A stretch of 64,000 bases of DNA from an uncultured delta proteobacterium (GTDB lineage Bacteria > Myxococcota > Kuafuiibacteriia > Kuafuiibacteriales > Kuafuiibacteriaceae): assembly GCA_963803435.1 (NCBI GenBank), contig CAWDML010000003.1, positions 1,028,664 to 1,092,663 on the forward strand. The letters are read 5' to 3'. This document shows positions 49,469 through 56,772 of the stretch, piece after piece (position 1 is the first letter of the stretch; every line of letters starts with the position of its first letter). The notes under the pieces are model-generated. The model did no database searches. It had not been told where the DNA came from and saw only the letters and a list, made by a program, of their open reading frames with translations. The position numbers were made by a program, and so were the translations under genes.

Positions 49469-50116
49469 TCAGAAGTGCACGCCGATATTCACGAGAACTC
49501 CGACCCCCATCCCCCAACAGGCGCCGTCGGCCTGGCCGGCGCGCTCCCGGGCGGCCTCGAGGGTCTGTATTCTGTCGTTCTCGAGGAGACGGCGGATCGA
49601 CACGCCCGGCCGCGCCATCGCCAGCGCGTCGACGGCCACCACCGCCCCCACCGAGAGGGCGGGCCACATCAGATAGTCCAGGCCGAGCCGGGCGGAGGCG
49701 AACAGCCCGTCGCTGTCGAGCCCGTCGTCGAGGCCCCGGAACATCCTCCGGGCGGTGCCGACGGTCGCGTAGCCGAACCCCAACCCGAGGTACGGCTCGA
49801 AGCGCGCGAGGGGGATCCGGAAGCCGAGCTCGGGCCCGACGCGCCACAACCAGCCTTGCGCGAGGTGGGTCGCCTTCCCCCGGAGACCGAGCGTTACGAA
49901 GTAGAGGCGGCCTCCCAGGCCGAGCGAGAGCGCGGGGCCGCCCGCGCTGGAGGGCTGGACCTCGGCGTCGAGGCCCTCGGTGTCGACGGCGAGCGTCTTC
50001 AGCCAGAGGTGGTCGTAGCCGGACTGAGCGTCGGCCCAGACCCACGTCGACGCGCGCGCCCCTGTGGGGCAGAAGATCGCGAGGGCCGAGGCGACGAGGG
50101 CGACTTTCGCATGCAT
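49469..50116 (-). CDS. small outer-membrane beta-barrel protein
   Basis: 215 aa. Signal peptide MHAKVALVASALAIFCPTGARA, Gly/aromatic beta-strand pattern, C-terminal ...LVNIGVHF. Confidence 0.6.
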   Translation of the reverse strand: MHAKVALVASALAIFCPTGARASTWVWADAQSGYDHLWLKTLAVDTEGLDAEVQPSSAGGPALSLGLGGRLYFVTLGLRGKATHLAQGWLWRVGPELGFRIPLARFEPYLGLGFGYATVGTARRMFRGLDDGLDSDGLFASARLGLDYLMWPALSVGAVVAVDALAMARPGVSIRRLLENDRIQTLEAARERAGQADGACWGMGVGVLVNIGVHF

Positions 50117-50197
50117 CGATCCTGCGGAGAGGGTGCAAGCGCAGGACCACCGGCACGCGAATTTGCTTCGCGTCGAGGCGACCTAGGAGCGTGTAGC

Positions 50198-51218
50198 CGG
50201 GTCGAATCGACAGCTGGCACTTCGCGCGAAACTGGTGCTGAGCAGTTCCACTGGCGCGACCGATGCGGCGGTGGCGCGAACCATCACGTGTCTCACACAC
50301 GTTCGTCTGTGGAGAAGGCGGTTTGCGGAGTGCGTCTCGAGGGGCTGTACGACCAGCCTCGCGTCGGCGCTCCGCGAAAGATCAGTGATGATCAGGTTGA
50401 AGAGATCGTGGTGCAAACGCTGGAAACGACGCCGAAGGGCCGTACGCTTGGAGCACGCGGAAGATGGCAAAGAATGCCGGGGTGAGCGCCAGTAGCGTCG
50501 GACGGATCTGGCGGGCGCTGGCCTCAAGCCCACGTCGTTCGCGGTTTCAAGTTGTCGAACGATCCGCAGTTCATCTCGAAGATTCGCGACGTCGTCGGTC
50601 TGTACATGAGCCGCCCGACAACGCTGTCGTGTTCTCCTTCGACGAGAAGCCGCAGGTCCAGGCGCTGGAGCGTGCTCAACCACCTTCCGATATCTCGGGA
50701 TGCCCGAGCGACAGACCCACAACTACATCCGCCACGGAACGCTCGACCTCTTCGCCGCCCTCAACGTCGCCACGGGCAAGGTCATCGCGCAGACCAAGGC
50801 ACGACACCGAGCGAAGGACTTCGTCGCATTCCTCGGGACATCGACAACGCGGTAGAGCCGGAACTTGACGTTCACGTCATCCTCGACAACCTCGCGACGC
50901 ACAAGACCACAGGTTAAGAGGTGGCTGCTACGCAATCCGCGCTTCCAGCTCCACTTCACACCAACCTATTCCTCATGGCTAAACCTGGTGGAACGGTTCT
51001 TCGCACTGCTGACCGAGGAAGCACTCACTCGCGGCTCCACACCAGCGTCCGGTACTTCGCAAGGCATCGTCGACTACGTCGAAGTGCACAACGAAGAAGG
51101 CAAGCCCTTCGTATGGACGAAGACGGCCGACGAGATCCTCGACAAGATCATGGATTTCGGCAGACGCACAAAGCAGGTCCACGCGGATAAATGCGCTAGA
51201 AATCAGTGATCCAGCTGA
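50198..51218 (+). mobile_element. decayed IS630-family element (transposase pseudogene, N-terminally truncated, many frame disruptions)
   Basis: Conserved IS630 blocks are scattered over all three + frames: VRLWRRRFAE / LEGLYDQPRVGAPRKISDDQVEEIVVQTLETTPKG / MAKNAGVSASSVGRIWRA / FKLSNDPQFISKIRDVVGLYM / AVVFSFDEKPQVQALER / ERQTHNYIRHGTLDLFAALNVATGKVI / LDVHVILDNLATHKT / VKRWLLRNPRFQLHFTPTYSSWLNLVERFF / KPFVWTKTADEIL. Possible terminal repeats are CAGCTGGCAC (50211) and its approximate inverse at 51211-51218. Confidence 0.75.
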
Positions 51219-51292
51219 CTAGGAGCGTGTAGCGCGTAGCGCTACCGCGAGCCCGGTCCGGGTCCCGGTCCCGGTCCCGGTCCCGATGGCGA

Positions 51293-51661
51293 TCATGCAG
51301 CCCGGCGTGCGTTCATCGACTTGATGAGGCGCGTGAGCATCTCGACAACGCGCTTGAGCTTGGCTCTGGCGGCTTGGAGCTTCTGCCCGTTGGCGAGTCG
51401 GCGCCTCAAGCAGGTGTGGAGTGAGGCGGCGCTTTCGGTGCCAGTGCGAAGTGCCATCCGGTAGAAGCGAGCCTTCTCAGGTGGATTGAACTCTCCGGCG
51501 CCCTCGGCGGTGTTGTTCACGATGGAATCGGATGCCCACCGAAGCTGATCGCGGACGTGAGCGTGACCGGGTTGCAGTTCTTGTGCGATCTCTTCAGCGA
51601 TGTCGGCATACTCGACGGCGAGCTGGTAGACCTCGAGCTTCTCGTGATCGAAAGTGACCAT
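51293..51661 (-). CDS. four-helix-bundle protein (23S rRNA intervening-sequence protein family)
   Basis: 122 aa. FDHEKLEVYQLAVEYADIAEEIA...VRDQLRWASDSIVNNTAEGAGEF...FYRMALRTGTESAASLH...VVEMLTRLIKSM matches the family pattern. Confidence 0.8.
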   Translation of the reverse strand: MVTFDHEKLEVYQLAVEYADIAEEIAQELQPGHAHVRDQLRWASDSIVNNTAEGAGEFNPPEKARFYRMALRTGTESAASLHTCLRRRLANGQKLQAARAKLKRVVEMLTRLIKSMNARRAA

Positions 51662-51991
51662 GCAAGCTTGGAGAAAGTCATCCCCACTTCACGACGATCA
51701 ACGAGTTTCGGCTCGTCCACCTGGAGGCGCTGAAAGCGCTCTTCCTCGAAGTCCTGAAGCTTTGCCAGAAAGCAGGTTTGGTGCGCTCGGACACGTCGCA
51801 CTCGATGGCTCCAAGGTGCAGGCGAACGCGAGCAAGCACAAGGCGATGACCTACGAGCGGATGGCCGAGGAGGAGAAGCGGCTGTCTCTCGAGATCGAAG
51901 AACTGCTGGAGCGAGCGGGCACGATCGACCAAGAGGAAGACGAGCGGCTGGGCGTTGAAGAGACTGAAGAGGCCATCCCAGCGGAGCTCGC
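51662..51991 (+). pseudogene. IS1182-family transposase, central fragment upstream of the nested insertion
   Basis: HFTTINEFRLVHLEALKALFLEVLKLCQKAGLV, then (after a 1-nt frame change) LGHVALDGSKVQANASKHKAMTYERMAEEEKRL...EEAIPAEL. The N-terminal ~120 codons of the family are absent. Confidence 0.7.
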
Positions 51992-52151
51992 TGTGGGTTC
52001 CCGCGCTCGGTCCCCACTCGTTTCGCGGGCGAGTTTGTGATGGTCGAGGGCCGGATTCCCGCGGTGCCCGCTGCGGTGAAGCGGTCGGGAATGGTGGCGG
52101 GATTCGGGAACGACGGAGACGGGAGGGCGGACGAGCCAGAGGCGAGGACCT

Positions 52152-52376
52152 TCAGAAGGGGAGATCGTCGATGTCGAGGTGCCCGTCCTCGTCCGGCTCG
52201 TAGAGGCGAGCCTCTTCTGCCGCGATACAGCTGATCTCGGGTTCGTAGGCGTCCCAGATCGCGGCCGCGACCTCGCCGAGGACATCAAACAATAGAGTGG
52301 CTTGCTCGGCGGTCATCGCCGGCAAGGTGATGGTCGCGTAGAGCTGGGATCGGCAGTGGGGCGGACGACTCTGCAT
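52152..52376 (-). CDS. small acidic transposon protein ending in an SSB-tail-like DIDDLPF
   Basis: 74 aa. ATGA overlap with the ATPase stop. C-terminus ...EPDEDGHLDIDDLPF. Confidence 0.5.
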   Translation of the reverse strand: MQSRPPHCRSQLYATITLPAMTAEQATLLFDVLGEVAAAIWDAYEPEISCIAAEEARLYEPDEDGHLDIDDLPF

Positions 52377-53173
52377 CAGGCGACCTCCGGCGTGGCGGCC
52401 TGGACATGCTCGACGGTGACGGTCTTCGCGCGCGCGATCGCAGCCGCGTTGAGCGCATGGTGGGCCAAGGCGTTGACCTTACGCGGCAGGCCGTTCGTGG
52501 ACTGATAAATCGCTTCCATCGCGGCCGGCTCGAAGAGGGGCAGCTCGCATCCCGCGAGCCGGAGCAGGTGCCCCAGGTAGGGCGGCAGCTCGTCGCGCGT
52601 GAGCGCGGCGAGGTGATGGCGGACGATGATGCGCTGCGAGAGGGCTTCGTGGACCGCCATGGAGAGCCGCCTCCGTAGCTCTGCCTGCCCGATGAAGAGC
52701 AGACAGAGACGGTTCTCCGAATCCATCTGGTAGTTGGTGAGGAGCCGCAGCTCCTCCAACACATCGCTGCGGAGCCGGTGCGCTTCGTCAATGATCAGCA
52801 GTGGGCGGATCTTGGACTCCTGGCAGAGTCGCGTGACCTCGGTGCGGATACAGGTGTGCAGGGCCGCGCGACTCCTCTCGGTGGGCAGGCCCAGCTCCCA
52901 AGCGATCATCTTGTAGAGGTCCATGACGTTGCCGGTGGTGAGCGCGACGTAGAAGACGCGAAAGAGGCCCGTGTGCAGCGCGCTGACGACCTTCCGGGTC
53001 ACGGTGGTCTTGCCTCCGCCTGGCTCTCCGGTGAGCAGGCCGATGCCGCAGAGATCGAGGAGGTAGAGGAGCCGGACTTCCCACTCCTTGGCGCTGGCTG
53101 AGATGAAGAGGTCCTCTGCGGCGAGGTCCTTTGCGAACGGGTGACGGGTCAAGGCGAAGTGTCTGCGATACAT
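52376..53173 (-). CDS. ExeA/TniB-like AAA+ ATPase (transposition helper)
   Basis: 265 aa from MYRRHFALTRHPF. Walker A GEPGGGKTT, Walker B LLIIDEAH. C-terminus TNGLPRKVNALAHHAL is typical of ExeA-family proteins. The start overlaps the transposase stop. Confidence 0.85.
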   Translation of the reverse strand: MYRRHFALTRHPFAKDLAAEDLFISASAKEWEVRLLYLLDLCGIGLLTGEPGGGKTTVTRKVVSALHTGLFRVFYVALTTGNVMDLYKMIAWELGLPTERSRAALHTCIRTEVTRLCQESKIRPLLIIDEAHRLRSDVLEELRLLTNYQMDSENRLCLLFIGQAELRRRLSMAVHEALSQRIIVRHHLAALTRDELPPYLGHLLRLAGCELPLFEPAAMEAIYQSTNGLPRKVNALAHHALNAAAIARAKTVTVEHVQAATPEVA

Positions 53174-54546
53174 CAGCGGTCCTCCTGGTCGTCGTTCTGG
53201 GCGAGGCGGGCGAGGTCGAGCCCTCGCCGCGGGGGCTCGGTGGTGGCCTTGGAGGGCGGCGCCTCGGCGGCGGGCATCGACTCCAATTCCGCCGAGGGAC
53301 GGTCCCGGCGGACGAAGCAGTTGGCGTAGGCATCGACGACCTTGGCGGTCTGCACAATCTGCCCCTTGTGCAAGACCTTGATCGGCCGGCCGGGAGTCGA
53401 CGGGTCGTAGCGGAGCGTGACGGTCTCGTCGACGAGGGCGGCGTCGACCTCGTATCCGATTCCGTTGAGGCTCACGACTCAATCCTTGTGGACCTTGCGT
53501 TGAGCCTCGAAGAGGAACAGGTCGTCGAGGTCGAGGCTGGCGCCGTAGCGGACCTCGTCGGCGACCTGCGCCCAGCGGTCGATGGGGGTGTCGCCGTCGA
53601 GACCGCGGTGCGGAGCGCGATGGTACTCGCCTTCGACCCAGGCCCACAGCCGGCGATTGAGCGCGTCGAGGCTGCTGAGGTCCTCGGGCCTGAGGTGCGG
53701 CAGGAGTTGCATCCGCACAGTTCTGAAAAATCGCTCTTGCTTACCCTTGGCCTGTGGATGGTAGGCGCGCGCGTGGATCAACGTCACGCCGAGCTTGGCG
53801 CAGACGAGGGCGAGGTGCTGGGACCGATACGCGGAACCGTTATCGACGAACAAGCGTTTCGGAAGTCCTCTCCGCAAGATGGCCTGCTTCAGACAAGGCA
53901 AGAAGGCGGCGGTGCTCTCGGACGCCTGGAAGGCCGCGAAGGGGATGACGCGCGTGGCGTCGTCGAGGAAGGCGATCAGGAAGGTCTTCTTCTTCCTGCG
54001 GCCCTCGCAGATCACGGCGGGGCCGTGCATCACGTCGCTCATCCAGAGATCGCCGGCCTTCTGGAAAGCGAACTTGCGGTGGTCCTTGGTGGTCGGGGCG
54101 GCGGGCAGCTTCTGCATCAGGCCGTGGCGCGTGAAGAGTCGGTGAACGGTCGACGGAGGTAGCGGTAGATCGAGGGGGATCTTTCCGGAGTCGAGTGCCT
54201 CCTTGATGACGGCCTTCACCGTCCAGTCGCGGTGCTCGTCCTTGAGGGCGACGAGGAGGTCCTGAACCTCCTGCGGTATCTTGCGCGAGGTCTCGGCATC
54301 GCGCCTGGTCTTGGGGATCAGGGCGTCAAAGCCGCCCTTTCGGTAGAGCTTGAGCCAGTGGCGGATGGTCTCCACGGCGACGCGCCGCCGCAGAGAGTTG
54401 GGGATCTCGTAGTCCTTGTCGGCCTTGAAGTGAAGCAGATCGTAGAGGCCGCGGTGTCCCGGCGCGAGGTGGACGAGGTCCCCCAGCACGCTGTGCCGAA
54501 ACAACGCAATCTCGTGAGCGAGCTTCTTCTTGTGGTCGTCTTCCAT
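53173..54546 (-). pseudogene. Mu-type DDE transposase (HTH + rve + Mu-transposase C-terminal domain) with an in-frame TGA
   Basis: 355-aa ORF (DLWMSDVMHG...LFVDNGSAYRS...YHPQAKGKQERFFRT) ends ...RKVHKD-TGA. The same frame continues VVSLNGIGYEVDAALVDETVTLRYDP..., the Mu transposase C-terminal domain. Stop codon at 53479-53481. Confidence 0.8.
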
Positions 54547-54591
54547 CGGTAACTCCTCGGTGTGGGCTCGCGATGTGCGAGCGTCCGAGGA

Positions 54592-55260
54592 CTACCGATG
54601 CTTGGTCGGCGGATCTGCGCCCGTGTCGTGTTGGAGCGGCTTTGGACGCGGCCACCGCTGGGCGGGCCGGGGACCGAAACCGAGAGGTGGGGACAGACGC
54701 GGCAACCCGCTCGCTGCAATCTCGCGCAGCGCGACCAGGACACACGAGATGTCGAGACGCGCAGCGAGGGAGGTCAGCGTCGGCGCGCAGCCGGCGAGGC
54801 GATCAGGCACGAGGCCGATCAGCGCGTTCGCCGAGGCGTACACGAGGGCGAGGCGCCGACGCAGCCATCGCAAGGCACCTTGCACCTCGATATCGGGGCG
54901 AAGCCTGGCGGCGACCTCCTCCCAGCTCAGCCCTTGATGGCGACCTGCCTCGGCCTCTCGAACGACATCATCGACTCTGGCGAGCGAGCCCGGTAGCCGC
55001 GAGGACAGGCAGTCGGGCAACAGGCTGAAGGTCTGGTGAGCTTGCGGGCAATACCAGCGAGCGACGCGGGTCCCTGGGGGCGTCATCCGCTCGTACGGCG
55101 TGTGCCTCGCGAAGTCGCAGCCGCCCTTTGGATGCACAGGGCAGAAGTCCAGCGTTGCGTTCTCCCAGCCTCGCTCGCTAACGTACTCGTCGCTGGACAG
55201 CGCCGTCGCGAAGCGAAGCTGCACAGCCTGGCCCGCACGGGGCGAACCGTGGCGGGCCAT
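54592..55260 (-). CDS. hypothetical Cys/His-motif protein, first gene of the nested transposon (recalled as DUF6431-like, unverified)
   Basis: 222 aa. CPVHPKGGC...ARWYCPQAHQTFSLLPDCL looks like a zinc-ribbon accessory protein of IS/transposons. Confidence 0.5.
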   Translation of the reverse strand: MARHGSPRAGQAVQLRFATALSSDEYVSERGWENATLDFCPVHPKGGCDFARHTPYERMTPPGTRVARWYCPQAHQTFSLLPDCLSSRLPGSLARVDDVVREAEAGRHQGLSWEEVAARLRPDIEVQGALRWLRRRLALVYASANALIGLVPDRLAGCAPTLTSLAARLDISCVLVALREIAASGLPRLSPPLGFGPRPAQRWPRPKPLQHDTGADPPTKHR

Positions 55261-55437
55261 CTCCTCTCCCGCCTGCCGGTAGCACGACGGCAGGGTGGTG
55301 GCTGCGACCAGATGAGCGAAGCCGGGACGGCTCGCTGGCCGCCGGCTCCGCGCTCTCTTACCTACCAGCCCGGATCAGCGCTGAGCTACCATGGGATGGA
55401 GGGGGCGGTGGATCACGATACAGTCCGAGACCCAACA

Positions 55438-56293
55438 CTCGCTCGCCGTGAATCCCGCCTTGCCCGCATTCGAGAAGCGAAGGCTGCGCTGGAACAGGAT
55501 GCCGCCAGGGCTCGCGCGGAGAAATTGCGCAGGCAAGCCGAAGAGCAGCAGAGCAAAGCGGATGATGCTCTTGTGGATCGGGTGGAGCAGAAGCGAGCGA
55601 GAACTCGAGCCGAGACGAACCATCCCCATCCCCAGACCCAACTGAACGAAATGATGGATGGCCGCATCATCGCGTTCCTGCAAATGTGGACGGCACACCG
55701 AGGCCCAACGCTCAGAGGAACTTCACCGACTCAGACAGCAGGATCATGTTGAAGGAGGGAGCGTACCTCCAGGCCTACAATGCCCAAGTTGTCGTAGATG
55801 AGCACGCTCAGGTGATTGTCGCCGAAGGGGTCAGCAACCAGGCACCTGATCAGCAACACCTCGTCCCGATGCTCCGTGATGTGTTCGGCAACTGCGGCGA
55901 TGCTCCGCGGAAGATGACGGCAGACAACGGCTATCGAGCGCGACCAACATCGAATTCTGCGACAACAATCAGATCGATGCCCACATCGCTGTTGGACGCG
56001 AACAGAACCAAGACGCGTCGACTCCGTCCTCATCAGCTTCGGAGCCCACACCTGCCTCGCTCGCTCGCAAGCGAATGCGAGACAAGTTGCAAACGCGCGA
56101 CGGCAAGGCGGTCTACCCCCGCAGGAAGAGTATCGTCGAACCGGCGCTCGGACAGATCAAAGCGGCACGAGGATTCCGCCGGTTCTCGCTCCGCTCCTTC
56201 TTCAAGGTACAAGCCGAGTGGACGCTGGTCTGCCTCACCCACAACCTGCTCAAGCTCTACCGATCGAAGCTCGCGACCGTCGCGAGCGTCTGA
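55438..56293 (+). pseudogene. IS1182-family transposase, C-terminal part downstream of the nested insertion (further frameshifts)
   Basis: ARRESRLARIREAKAALEQDA... / NFTDSDSRIMLKEGAYLQAYNAQVVVDEHAQVIVAEGVSNQAPDQQHLVPML...KMTADNGY / (frame change at about 55935) SSATNIEFCDNNQIDAHIAVGRE...AVYPRRKSIVEPALGQIKAARGFRRFSLRSFFKVQAEWTLVCLTHNLLKL. Confidence 0.75.
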
Positions 56294-56389
56294 CTCAAGC
56301 CAGCCATCTTCAGATCGGGACCCGGACCGGGACCGGGACCGGGACCCGGACCGGGGTCGCGTGAGCGCTTACGCGCTACACGCTCCTAG
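56104..56389 (+). repeat. 286-bp right end of the IS1182-like element, direct repeat partner of 38816-39095
   Basis: Aligned by eye base for base with 38816-39095. One extra GGGACC unit in the hexamer tract and about 6 substitutions. Confidence 0.8.
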
Positions 56390-56393
56390 GCGG

Positions 56394-56768
56394 TCAGGGC
56401 GAGGGCGCCTTCTGCTCCATGAACACCAGCACGACGCCCACCAGGACCAGCACGAAGCCGGCGAGCTTGGTGGCGGTGAGCGGCTCCTTGAACGAGATCG
56501 AGGCGTAGGCGGCGACGATGATCAACCCGAGGCTGGTCATCACCGGATAGCCCACCGAGAGATCGATCCGCGTGAGCGCGAAGGAGTAGCCCGCGAGCGC
56601 GACGACGAAGCAGGCGACGCCGAGGATCAGGAGCGGCTGGAGCGCCATGCTGAGCGCGGTCTGGATCGGACCCTGGCCCATCTCGACGTTTCGCATCGCC
56701 CCCTTGATCAGGATGTTCGCGGTGGCGTTGAAGATGATGCCGATGACGAGCGCGATGTAGTGCAGCAT
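56394..56768 (-). CDS. SMR/DMT-type 4-TM small membrane protein (ArnE/ArnF-like), candidate lipid-linked sugar flippase
   Basis: 124 aa with four hydrophobic helices (IALVIGIIFNATANILIK..., LLILGVACFVVALAGY, MTSLGLIIVAAYASI, LAGFVLVLVGVVLV). Last gene of the DprE1 operon. Confidence 0.6.
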   Translation of the reverse strand: MLHYIALVIGIIFNATANILIKGAMRNVEMGQGPIQTALSMALQPLLILGVACFVVALAGYSFALTRIDLSVGYPVMTSLGLIIVAAYASISFKEPLTATKLAGFVLVLVGVVLVFMEQKAPSP

Positions 56769-56772
56769 GACC

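Larger units (their letters stand above)
51992..55437 (-). mobile_element. 3.4-kb Mu/Tn552-like transposon (4 genes) inserted into the IS1182-like transposase gene
   Basis: Termini are 5'-TGTGGGTT...CCCAACA-3' (TG...CA). It is flanked by a 5-bp direct repeat CTCGC (51987-51991 and 55438-55442). Conceptual excision rejoins the host ORF in frame (…EEAIPAELARRESRLARIREAKAALEQ…). Confidence 0.85.
51219..56389 (+). mobile_element. IS1182-like element with truncated, frameshifted transposase, interrupted by a nested transposon
   Basis: The left end CTAGGAGCGTGTAGCGCGTAGCGCT...(GGTCCC)n at 51219-51287 is the inverted counterpart of the right end (GGGACC)n...AGCGCTTACGCGCTACACGCTCCTAG at about 56310-56389. 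Transposase fragments lie at 51662-51991 and 55438-56293. Confidence 0.75.

Noticed and set aside
46779-49676. 965-aa plus-strand ORF opposite the Big_2 repeat gene
   Set aside because: This is a Gly/Arg/Asp-rich shadow of a repetitive GC-rich gene. The minus strand gives eight clean Big_2 repeats.
49455-50300. N-terminal 282 codons of the 1205-aa track ORF containing the Big_2 protein
   Set aside because: It is Arg/Pro-rich junk overlapping the OM-barrel gene in another frame. A lipoprotein signal peptide (MRSVLYLLIPTLLFAC) marks the real start at 49454.
53479-53481. In-frame TGA in the transposase as a selenocysteine or programmed read-through codon
   Set aside because: I saw no SECIS-like hairpin, and the element is otherwise embedded in decayed IS DNA. 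A nonsense mutation is more parsimonious.
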